A stretch of DNA of 12,509 bases from Promethearchaeia archaeon (GCA_029856105.1 JAHQWH010000237.1:1-12509), one strand, 5' to 3'. Counted from the first letter of the stretch, positions 1 through 7,651 are shown. Made by a program: numbers and translations. Notes: a model not told the origin generated them from the sequence alone.

Positions 1-419
1 ACGGCAACAAAAGCTCCTGTGATCGAGGCACACCTTGTACCGCCATCGGCTTGTATGACGTCGCAATCAATTCTAATCGTACGTTCGCCAATTTTGTCGT
101 AATTGAATGCGGCTCTCATACTCCTCCCTATTAAACGCTGAATTTCGTGAGTTCTACCCTTTACACTTCTTTCTCTTTCTCTTGAGTTTCTATTTTGGGT
201 TGCTCTTGGCAACATATTGTATTCAGCGGTTATCCAACCCGTTCCAGTATCTACTAAAAATCTCGGAACATTTTCCAGAACGGAGGCGGTAACGATTACT
301 TTTGTGTTTCCTTGAGTGATTAACACGGAACCTTCGGGGTACTTTAAGAAGTTACGTTCGATAGTTGTTTTCCTAATTTCATCAAAAGTTCTTCCATCAA
401 ATCTTGCATTTCCAAGCAT
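1..419 (-). CDS. rph: Ribonuclease PH (bacterial-type), N-terminal ~139 aa; runs off the left edge of the window
   Basis: Not in the ORF track. Manual translation from ATG at 419 gives [47 protein letters not shown]...[17 protein letters not shown]...[17 protein letters not shown]...[29 protein letters not shown], containing the RNase PH signature motifs. Confidence 0.95.
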   Translation of the reverse strand, partial: MLGNARFDGRTFDEIRKTTIERNFLKYPEGSVLITQGNTKVIVTASVLENVPRFLVDTGTGWITAEYNMLPRATQNRNSRERERSVKGRTHEIQRLIGRSMRAAFNYDKIGERTIRIDCDVIQADGGTRCASITGAFVA

Positions 420-451
420 TTAGATAAAACCAGATTTTTCTCAATAGTATT

Positions 452-459
452 ATTATAAA
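452..459 (-). promoter_or_regulatory. Candidate archaeal TATA box for rph
   Basis: TTTATAAT on the minus strand, about 32 nt upstream of the ATG, with no SD before the ATG. The AT-rich background makes this weak. Confidence 0.35.
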
Positions 460-471
460 CACTTACTTAAT

Positions 472-487
472 AAAAGAAAAAAAAAAA
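472..487 (-). terminator. Oligo-U archaeal terminator candidate after pheA
   Basis: Minus strand reads T11-C-T4 about 60 nt downstream of the pheA stop. Confidence 0.5.
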
Positions 488-547
488 TGATTAAAATACT
501 TTTAGAAAAGCGAAGAGAAATACACAACTGGTATTTTTATAGGAATT

Positions 548-1657
548 TTATTTAATAGGGTATGTTCCTAAGATTTTTTGCCAAATAACGTTTGATTTCA
601 TTTGCTCAAGCGCTTTTTTCGCGCTAGGATCGTTTTTGTCAGCTTCAAAATTCATAAAAAAGATGTATTCCCACCTTCCTTTTTTTCTTGGTCTAGATTC
701 GATTTTTGACAAATTGATCTTAGCGTCTGAAAATATTTTTAAAACCCAATATAGAGCTCCTGGTATGTGTTTAGTTACAAACACGATTGATGTTTTCATT
801 TTTTCAGCTTTTAATGGGTTTTCTAGTTTAGAAATAATTAAAAATCTTGTGAAGTTAGAGGGGTCATCTTCAATATTCGAGTTTAGAACTTTCAAATCGG
901 ATATGCTCGCAGCAAATTCAGTACCAATCGCCGCATAAGATTTATCTGCTAACTCTTTAATTCTTCGCGTAGCTTCGGCAGTTGAGCTAATATCCATTAA
1001 ATTTGCATTTGGTAAGTTGCTTTTTAGCCACGACTTGGCTTGAGCAAATGCTTGGGGGTGTGAAAAAACATTTTTTATGAGAGAAATTTCTGATTCTTTT
1101 AAGCCTATTAAATTCTGGACGACTCTCAGCTCGACTTCTCCGTAAATAAATAGTTCCTTTTCAATTAATAAATCGAGCGTCTCTCGTACGGTTCCATAAA
1201 AGCTATTTTCAATCGGGACAATCCCGTAATCTAATATTTCTTTTTCAATATTATCAAAGATTTCTGAAGTTGAGTTGCACGGAATGAATTCCGTTCCAGC
1301 TTTAGCAAAAGACTCAAGGGCAGCTTGGTGCGTGAAAGTGCCCATTGGACCTAAATATCCGACTTTAGTAACCGTGTCTTGAATAGCTTTACTTGCACTA
1401 ATAATTTCTTTCCAGATGGCTTCCATACTTTCTTTTTCGAATATTGTTGATTTATCTTTGATTCTCTCGATTATTTCAATTTCCCTTTTGGGTTGAAATA
1501 TTTCTAAATTCAGATTTTTCTTTAAATTTCCAATTTTAATTACGATGTTTCCTCTTTTATTCAACAGATCAATGATTTGATCGTCAATTTCGTTAATCTT
1601 TTTTCTGGTCTCTTCTAAATCTTCTTTATAATTCTGTTCTTTGCTCAATTTAACCAC
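548..1657 (-). CDS. pheA: Bifunctional chorismate mutase / prephenate dehydratase (P-protein) with C-terminal ACT domain
   Basis: AroQ-type chorismate mutase domain (RKKINEIDDQIIDLLNKR...PKRE); prephenate dehydratase motifs YLGPMGTFT, VPIENS, SHPQAFAQ and NFTRF; ACT motif NLSKIESRP. GTG start. Confidence 0.96.
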   Translation of the reverse strand: MVKLSKEQNYKEDLEETRKKINEIDDQIIDLLNKRGNIVIKIGNLKKNLNLEIFQPKREIEIIERIKDKSTIFEKESMEAIWKEIISASKAIQDTVTKVGYLGPMGTFTHQAALESFAKAGTEFIPCNSTSEIFDNIEKEILDYGIVPIENSFYGTVRETLDLLIEKELFIYGEVELRVVQNLIGLKESEISLIKNVFSHPQAFAQAKSWLKSNLPNANLMDISSTAEATRRIKELADKSYAAIGTEFAASISDLKVLNSNIEDDPSNFTRFLIISKLENPLKAEKMKTSIVFVTKHIPGALYWVLKIFSDAKINLSKIESRPRKKGRWEYIFFMNFEADKNDPSAKKALEQMKSNVIWQKILGTYPIK

Positions 1658-1703
1658 ACTATAATTATAATAATTATTAAATAAGTATTTACAAAATAAA
1701 TAA

Positions 1704-3380
1704 TTACAAAAGTTTTTGCAAATTTAATTCTAATCCCGCAACGGGGAACTCCAGTTTAAAGTTTAACAATACTTCGGGATGGATTTCTCCAATCTCTCCA
1801 ACCTTTTCACCATTTACATAGATATCCCCATAACGACCGTTAATATAACTAGGGTTCTTCTCAGGCTTAATTTCGTATTTATCGTAAAGCCCAAGTGCAA
1901 TCATTATGAAATCTAAAGTCGACCTTATTTCTGTAAAATCAGCGTCTTCGTGGTACGATGTCGCTGAAAGGTGAATTTCTCTTTTTGCACCTGTTTCCTC
2001 TTCTTTCGAAAGTAAAACGACATCTCCAACTTCAAAGATTCTAATTGGTTTCTCTTCGGATATGTTAAATCGTATCGTTTCCATTAATTTAGGCAGTATT
2101 GAAGTCCGCGTGGTATTGTATTCTTTTGATACAGGGTTTGCAATTTGAATTAACTTGGATTCATCCATCTTTTTGTTCATATAATCGAATTGTTTTTCAG
2201 AATTTGATAAAATGAAATTAAGAACTTCTAAATATCCTGCTCCGACCATAATTCGTCTTATTTTATTAGAAAACGATTGAATAGGGTGATATTCTCCTAC
2301 GCATCCTTCTCGAATGGTTTTTGGTAAATTAAAATAACCATAACCGATCGCAACTTCTTCAGTGAAATCAACTGGATGCATTATGTCACCTCGAAAGGCA
2401 GGAACATAAATGTCTAAATATCCCTTTTTATTGGATCTTTTAGCCCCCATCCTACATTTCTGAAAACATTTAATCATTTCAGCGGCAGATAAATTCAGCC
2501 CAATATAATCGTTAACATAATCAATTTCAACTTCCCATTTTTTTGAATCTAAATTTGGGGTATTAATTTCTTTTTCTCCTTCGTAATTTACTTTTACACT
2601 TTCAATTTTCGCTCCCATGTCTGATAATGTCGTAGATAAGATGTTTAGAGCAAGATTTACGGCGTTAAAATCGGTACCAGTCAAATCTAAGAATAAATTT
2701 TTCGTTTTTTCAGTTACAGTTGTAAGAACTCCGTTTATTATTGGAGGAAACGAAAGAACTTCGTTATTGCTATCAAAAATTACCGGGTAAACGTCTTTCC
2801 CTTCTAAAATGGGAGCGTATTCAATGCCTTTATCGTGAAGTAGTAAAATCTCTTCTAAATTCATGGAATACCCATCTCCATGCAAAGGTGTAAAACTTAC
2901 TGAACCTGGTTCCACGGCAGTATATCTGTATGGGGGTTTTACTTTGTCTAAATCGTGTACTCCAATCGCAACTTTCTTTCTATCTCTTCCAACGGCCCAG
3001 TGAAGGTGCTCTTGAATGGTCATTAAGGTCGCTACCTCGTCCTCATCTAAATCAATATCCCGAACTATTCCACATACGATGTAAGGTCTTACTTTTTTTA
3101 CGCTGGGGTCTACATTCATCACAATGTCGCTTGGTGTTACGTCGAATGAAGGTACACCTAGTTCAATTTCGTAATAACCTTTAAGAGTTCTCGCTATACC
3201 TTCTGGACTAGAAAAATCAGGTCGATTTGGATTATATTCAACTTTGACTTTTTGTTCTTCCTCGTTAATATCTTCTAAATCTAAACCTATCCACTGCAAA
3301 TCGTACTCTAATTCTTTTAGATCTAATTTTTTTCCAACTAATTTTTCTAGTCTTTCAATTTTTAATTCGAGTGTTGGTAT
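1704..3380 (-). CDS. pheT: Phenylalanine--tRNA ligase beta subunit (archaeal type); start extended to ATA at 3380
   Basis: Motifs NRPDFSSPEGIAR, GRDRKKVAIGVHDLD, SFPPIING, RGDIMHPVDFTEEVAIGYG and GEIHPEVL. The frame stays open 27 codons upstream of the TTG at 3299 and gives (M)PTLELKIERLEKLVG, a typical MPT N-terminus, 7 nt after SD-like GAGGCG. Confidence 0.96.
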   Translation of the reverse strand: MPTLELKIERLEKLVGKKLDLKELEYDLQWIGLDLEDINEEEQKVKVEYNPNRPDFSSPEGIARTLKGYYEIELGVPSFDVTPSDIVMNVDPSVKKVRPYIVCGIVRDIDLDEDEVATLMTIQEHLHWAVGRDRKKVAIGVHDLDKVKPPYRYTAVEPGSVSFTPLHGDGYSMNLEEILLLHDKGIEYAPILEGKDVYPVIFDSNNEVLSFPPIINGVLTTVTEKTKNLFLDLTGTDFNAVNLALNILSTTLSDMGAKIESVKVNYEGEKEINTPNLDSKKWEVEIDYVNDYIGLNLSAAEMIKCFQKCRMGAKRSNKKGYLDIYVPAFRGDIMHPVDFTEEVAIGYGYFNLPKTIREGCVGEYHPIQSFSNKIRRIMVGAGYLEVLNFILSNSEKQFDYMNKKMDESKLIQIANPVSKEYNTTRTSILPKLMETIRFNISEEKPIRIFEVGDVVLLSKEEETGAKREIHLSATSYHEDADFTEIRSTLDFIMIALGLYDKYEIKPEKNPSYINGRYGDIYVNGEKVGEIGEIHPEVLLNFKLEFPVAGLELNLQKLL

Positions 3381-3396
3381 TTTTTTTCGCCTCTTT

Positions 3397-4932
3397 TTAA
3401 TATGGTTGTTGTCTTAGCCATTTGATTGGATTAACGTACAAATCTCTAATGTCCTTCCGACCGTAGTATAACATTGCTATACGCTCAAGTCCTTGACCCC
3501 ATGCTAAAACTCGAGTGGGTTCTTTGATGCCCCAAGGATACGTTACTTCTGGCCTAAATATTCCCGAACCTCCCATTTCTAACCATTCTCCTATTTTATC
3601 GTAATACACAGAAACTTCCATACTTGGTTCGGTATACGGAAAAAACCCTGGTCTAGTAATAATTTTTTCAAATCCCATTTTCTTGTAAAATTCTGATAAT
3701 AAACCAATTAAGTCGCTTAAATTTACATGGTCGTCAATTACAATACCTTCTACTTGAGTGAATTCAGCTAAATGTGATTTATCTAATTTTTCGTTTCGGA
3801 AAGTTCTATCGATGCAAAAGACTTTTACAGGAGTTTTTTCGTTGTCTCTATAAAATTTAGCCAAACGCCTTATAGTTGTGGAAGTTGTATGGGTTCTTAA
3901 TACTGTTTGTTTTGCAACATTTTCGTCCCATTTATAACCCCATCCAAGCGAATTAGAATCGCCCCCATTTTCGTGCGTAGCTTTAACAGCCATTACTCTA
4001 TCTTTTTCCGGTAATTTCGCGATTTTTGGATTGTTTAAATAGAAAGTATCTTGTAGTTCGCGGGCCGGATGGTCTTGCGGTTGAAATAACGCGTCAAAGT
4101 TATAAAATGCGCTTTCTACGATCGGTCCTCTTATTTCCGTAAAACCCATCGAAATAAAAATCTCTCTGATTTCGTTAATGAGATTAACGAGAGGATGGTA
4201 TTTTCCCCCTTTCAATGAAGGTCCTGGTTTGGTCACATCAAATGCTTTTAAATTGTAATCTTTCCAAGAGCCAGAGCTAAGCATTTCCGAGGTGAGTTTG
4301 CTTACTTGCTTTAACTCTTTAATCTCAGATAATTTTACATCTCTACCCTTTTTTGTTAGAAAAATAATTCGATGCGTTTTTTTTGATTTTCTTATTAATT
4401 TCCTTTTATTTAGAAGGTCTAAGCATTTCAATTCATATTTTGATAATTTAGAATAGTCGATTATTGGACTCTTTTCGAATTTTTTCAAAAATTTTTCGTC
4501 TTCTGTTGCGGGGAACTCTTCAGCAACGATGAAGATCTTGTTTTCTCCTGTAGCCTTACTTTGAGCGATCCAACGACTCTTCTTCATGTTAGAAAGACCA
4601 ACGTAAAAAATCTTTTTGTCTAGTTTAGATTTGGTAAGGAATTTTGTTATATCAATCTCTTTAATGTCAGATTCAATCAATAAATCAAGCAATCTACGCT
4701 CCGGAAACCCGATCTCTAAATATTTTAACCCCTCATCGTTTAAAGATATTTGATTTAATTCTTCTTCTCTGAACCCACCTAAATTTTGATCGATGAGATC
4801 GTTAATAGCTGCCATGAGTACTATATAATCAACATTTAATTCTTTTGCTAATTCTATTGCCATAAGCTCTGTGCTTTTACTCTTCAGAACTTTGAGAATT
4901 TCAATAACCTGTTTCTTTAATTTAATTGTCAT
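3397..4932 (-). CDS. pheS: Phenylalanine--tRNA ligase alpha subunit (long archaeal/eukaryal type)
   Basis: Motifs FYNFDALFQPQDHPARELQDTFY, LRTHTT, FRNE..D.SHLAEFTQVEG, FPYTEPS, GSGIFRPE and AWGQGLERIAM, with an N-terminal winged-helix-type extension. Confidence 0.98.
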   Translation of the reverse strand: MTIKLKKQVIEILKVLKSKSTELMAIELAKELNVDYIVLMAAINDLIDQNLGGFREEELNQISLNDEGLKYLEIGFPERRLLDLLIESDIKEIDITKFLTKSKLDKKIFYVGLSNMKKSRWIAQSKATGENKIFIVAEEFPATEDEKFLKKFEKSPIIDYSKLSKYELKCLDLLNKRKLIRKSKKTHRIIFLTKKGRDVKLSEIKELKQVSKLTSEMLSSGSWKDYNLKAFDVTKPGPSLKGGKYHPLVNLINEIREIFISMGFTEIRGPIVESAFYNFDALFQPQDHPARELQDTFYLNNPKIAKLPEKDRVMAVKATHENGGDSNSLGWGYKWDENVAKQTVLRTHTTSTTIRRLAKFYRDNEKTPVKVFCIDRTFRNEKLDKSHLAEFTQVEGIVIDDHVNLSDLIGLLSEFYKKMGFEKIITRPGFFPYTEPSMEVSVYYDKIGEWLEMGGSGIFRPEVTYPWGIKEPTRVLAWGQGLERIAMLYYGRKDIRDLYVNPIKWLRQQPY

Positions 4933-5109
4933 GTCTTAAAATCAAAGTCATTTTACTTTTCGTTATATTTTTTCTAAATCATTAACATTTTTAAATCTTT
5001 CGTGGAATTAATCGTTTTAAATTGCTCGTTCATGAATTAGAACGATAACTTGGGATTAAATAAAGTATACAATTAATTATAAAACGATCTACTCTTTTAT
5101 ATAACCGCA

Positions 5110-5151
5110 GCCAAGGGAAGGAAATTAAAATAATTTAGTTATTCCCTTGGC
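5110..5151 (-). promoter_or_regulatory. GC-rich stem-loop upstream of pheS (candidate attenuator/pause hairpin)
   Basis: Perfect 10-bp inverted repeat GCCAAGGGAA (5110-5119) / TTCCCTTGGC (5142-5151), plus an inner 6-bp stem AAATTA/TAATTT (5122-5127 / 5131-5136), in an otherwise very AT-rich intergenic region. Confidence 0.7.
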
Positions 5152-5228
5152 CAATTAAAGAAGTTAATGATAAATGAATCTTTATAGAATTGTTTTGAAT
5201 TGAGTAATAAATAATTAAAAAGCTTCAT
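5139..5228 (-). CDS. Putative Phe-rich leader peptide, 29 aa: MKLFNYLLLNSKQFYKDSFIINFFNWPRE
   Basis: ATG preceded by GAGAGGAG with a 6-nt spacer; 5 Phe, 2 Tyr and 1 Trp; tandem Phe23-Phe24 immediately before the hairpin; same strand as and upstream of pheS-pheT-pheA. Confidence 0.65.
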   Translation of the reverse strand: MKLFNYLLLNSKQFYKDSFIINFFNWPRE

Positions 5229-5234
5229 AATATA

Positions 5235-5242
5235 CTCCTCTC
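5235..5242 (-). promoter_or_regulatory. Shine-Dalgarno site of the leader ORF
   Basis: GAGAGGAG-TATATT-ATG, one of the clearest SD sites in the window. Confidence 0.7.
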
Positions 5243-5292
5243 AAATATTCAATAACTATAAAATAAATATCAATATTCACTAAAAAATTTTC

Positions 5293-5733
5293 CTACGATA
5301 ATTTTTCGCGAATCGCTGTCGAACTTAAGATATTTTTGTTCCGATCTTTTATCATAGGTATAACAATAATTATTAATGGTGTGAAACTCTTGCTTTCTCT
5401 GATTTCGTTTATTTTTAAGGCGTTTTTATAAGTCTCTTGACTAGCAATGATTCCTTCATATTCTGGTTCGTGAACTGGAGGGCCATATGGGTCGTTTAAC
5501 GGAACTATCTCAACACGATTCAAATATCCTATTGAATCTATAAAAGTTTTCAGGTTTTGTTCCCTTATTTGGTAGTTTTCGATTTTTGTGGCGTGCTTTT
5601 TTTTTTTAAGTAAATTTTCTGTTGCTAAACCTATAACAATCTTTTTAGAAAATAATAACGCCGTTTTAATTAGAAACTTATGTCCATCATGGAGATGGTC
5701 GAAAGTTCCGCCCATTCCGACTTTATTAAAAAT
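5293..5733 (-). CDS. coaD: Phosphopantetheine adenylyltransferase (archaeal/eukaryal type); probable ATT start at 5733
   Basis: GGTFDHLHDGH (HxGH motif), DPYGP, IIASQET, INEIR and LSSTAIR. The first beta strand (NKVGM) lies upstream of the ATG at 5715. There is an in-frame stop at 5746-5748, and SD AAGGTG (5742-5747) lies 8 nt before ATT. Confidence 0.92.
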   Translation of the reverse strand: MFNKVGMGGTFDHLHDGHKFLIKTALLFSKKIVIGLATENLLKKKKHATKIENYQIREQNLKTFIDSIGYLNRVEIVPLNDPYGPPVHEPEYEGIIASQETYKNALKINEIRESKSFTPLIIIVIPMIKDRNKNILSSTAIREKLS

Positions 5734-5758
5734 TTGGGAAACACCTTACTATAAAGCA

Positions 5759-6196
5759 TTAGGACTTAACTTTTTCTTCTACTTTCTTCTTTTTTTCGTC
5801 AGGTTTTTTAGTTTGTACCGTAGGCTTTTTTAACTTGACGTTGTAAATTTGTTTTATTCTCATTGTTTCGTTGCATTTATCGCATGAGCCAATTTCTTTA
5901 AACACATAATCTCCATGTTCGTAATGTCTTACATTAGTTATATTACACAAATTACAAGTAAGTATCGTTAATGTTTGTCTAATTGGCTCTGTTGTCCGTT
6001 TTTGAATTTGAATTAATGAAGTACCTAAACAGATTAAAGAAAAACCTATCATAAAATTGGTCATTTGATTTTCTCCACCTAGGTAGATAAATAAAGCGCC
6101 TACGCCTATTAATAAAATTAATAAAATATTTTTCAGTACTTTCTTGAGAGAAACGCTCTTATTTAAGATGTCCTCGTCATTTTCATCATCAATCAT
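5759..6196 (-). CDS. Archaeal membrane protein with 2 TM helices and a C-terminal zinc ribbon
   Basis: Two hydrophobic segments, then CNLC...HGDYVFKEIGSCDKC, then a Lys-rich tail. Divergent from DUF1512. Confidence 0.8.
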   Translation of the reverse strand: MIDDENDEDILNKSVSLKKVLKNILLILLIGVGALFIYLGGENQMTNFMIGFSLICLGTSLIQIQKRTTEPIRQTLTILTCNLCNITNVRHYEHGDYVFKEIGSCDKCNETMRIKQIYNVKLKKPTVQTKKPDEKKKKVEEKVKS

Positions 6197-6301
6197 GAAT
6201 ATCTTTATCCTTATGAGTTATTAGTGATATCTAATAATCTATTCTCTATAATAGAAAAGAATATAAGATTAAATAAATTTTGTTATTATGAAAACTTAGT
6301 A

Positions 6302-6417
6302 GGTTTAATTTTTCAATTATAATTTTTATTAAATAATCAAAAAAGGATACAAATGATTGTACAATTAATGCAGTTAGGCCAAACGGAGACCGACCCTCTC
6401 GGTTTAATTTTTCAATT
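6302..6417 (+). repeat. 17-nt exact direct repeat GGTTTAATTTTTCAATT (6302-6318 and 6401-6417)
   Basis: Read directly from the sequence. The copies are 99 nt apart, one intergenic and one inside the DUF1512 CDS. Confidence 0.8.
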
Positions 6418-7507
6418 GCTATGGTTTCTCTTAATTTTTATGTCTATGTTTTATGGAACTAAATTACAGGCGTATCGCTCACGAAAAGAGATAGAATCCG
6501 GATTAGCTAAACTTAAAAAATGGGACGATGAATGCAAACAGATTTTACTTTCTAACTTTAGAAAATATGCTGATAAAAAAGAAAATGATAAGGACTTAAT
6601 GCTAAAACTTGAAAATTTCTTAACCTTTGTTACCATATCACCCGTTTCCCTCGATCCATATGGGATAATCCCCAAAATCGATCAAATTATTAACGTTAGA
6701 GATAGTCGATTTAAAGAAGAAGTTAAAAGATTAGCCCCAAATGTGGAACCAGGAGACCCTGATGCGCAGAATCTAGAGAATACCCTTGAAGCCGTAATGG
6801 CTGTAGACTTTGTTTATAGGCTTGTAAAACACTTTTTAATATTAGGCAAGAAATCCAAATCTTACATAATTCTGATGCAGATTTCCATGCAGATGTCGAT
6901 CATACTTGCTTTGGCCAAGACTTATTACAACGCAACTAAAGCTTTTGCAGAAGGGAGCCCAATTGGCGATGCTCTTGGTCCTATGGTCGTGGGTACTTTT
7001 GTACGAGATGTTACAGGAAGAGACGATACGGAAGCTATCGAAATCGCGAAAGAAACAATTGTTCAAGTAGTAAATTTCGAAGATAGAACCGTTTATGTCG
7101 TTCGAGCAAAAGGTCCTGGAGGAACCGTTGGGAAACCAGGCACAGCAATAAAGAAATTGGTCGAAGAACATGGAAAGTCTATTTCCCGGATAATTATGAT
7201 TGATGCGGGATTAAAACTTTCTGGAGATAAAACAGGTTCTATAGCGATTGGAGTCGGTGCTGCAATCGGAGGAATTGGGGTTGAAAAGTTTTATATTGAA
7301 CAATCGTCAACTAATAAAGCAATTCCAATTGACGCCCTCATCTGTAGACAATCTTTAGAGAATGCGATAACGACGATGTCGCGATCAATTACCCAAAGCG
7401 TTCATCCTATTGTTGAAAAAATTAAAATGGGAATCCGGAAGCGAACTGAGAAGGGAGCAAAAATTATTGTTGCTGGTATAGGAAATACCATAGGTATAGG
7501 GGTTTAA
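6353..7507 (+). CDS. DUF1512 family membrane-anchored protein; putative GPR/HybD-fold peptidase domain
   Basis: N-terminal TM; PVSLDPYGI, PIGDALGP, VRAKGPGGTVGKPG, IIMIDAGLKLSG, GVGAAIGGIG and terminal GIGNTIGIG match my recollection of archaeal DUF1512 proteins. AGGA SD before the ATG. Confidence 0.85.
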   Translation: MIVQLMQLGQTETDPLGLIFQLLWFLLIFMSMFYGTKLQAYRSRKEIESGLAKLKKWDDECKQILLSNFRKYADKKENDKDLMLKLENFLTFVTISPVSLDPYGIIPKIDQIINVRDSRFKEEVKRLAPNVEPGDPDAQNLENTLEAVMAVDFVYRLVKHFLILGKKSKSYIILMQISMQMSIILALAKTYYNATKAFAEGSPIGDALGPMVVGTFVRDVTGRDDTEAIEIAKETIVQVVNFEDRTVYVVRAKGPGGTVGKPGTAIKKLVEEHGKSISRIIMIDAGLKLSGDKTGSIAIGVGAAIGGIGVEKFYIEQSSTNKAIPIDALICRQSLENAITTMSRSITQSVHPIVEKIKMGIRKRTEKGAKIIVAGIGNTIGIGV

Positions 7508-7651
7508 TTACGCTTTTTCTTTTTAATAATTAAATTTTAACTTTCTTTATGTTTTATCTCTGCTAATTTTTGTATTTATTAAAAATTAAATTTAATTACT
7601 TTCAAGTAATAATATTCATATTAAAAATTAATTTCTAAAAAAAAATAGAGT

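Noticed and set aside
107-292. Plus-strand 61-aa ORF
   Set aside because: Antisense shadow of the clear rph gene.
636-3184. Plus-strand ORFs 636-938 and 2930-3184
   Set aside because: Antisense to pheA and pheT, with no motifs.
3381-3416. PheS-PheT fusion by +1 frameshift (the pheT frame is open across the pheS stop)
   Set aside because: No convincing slippery site before the stop; the SD plus ATA at the conserved MPT position is a simpler explanation.
4974-5033. Second small ORF MNEQFKTINSTKDLKMLMI upstream of pheS
   Set aside because: No SD, only one Phe and no associated structure; expected by chance.
5110-5151. Hairpin as a SECIS element or T-box riboswitch
   Set aside because: No AUGA/GA quartet in the stem, no in-frame TGA in neighbouring genes, and no T-box consensus (GGUGGNACCGCG) or Stem I on the pheS strand.
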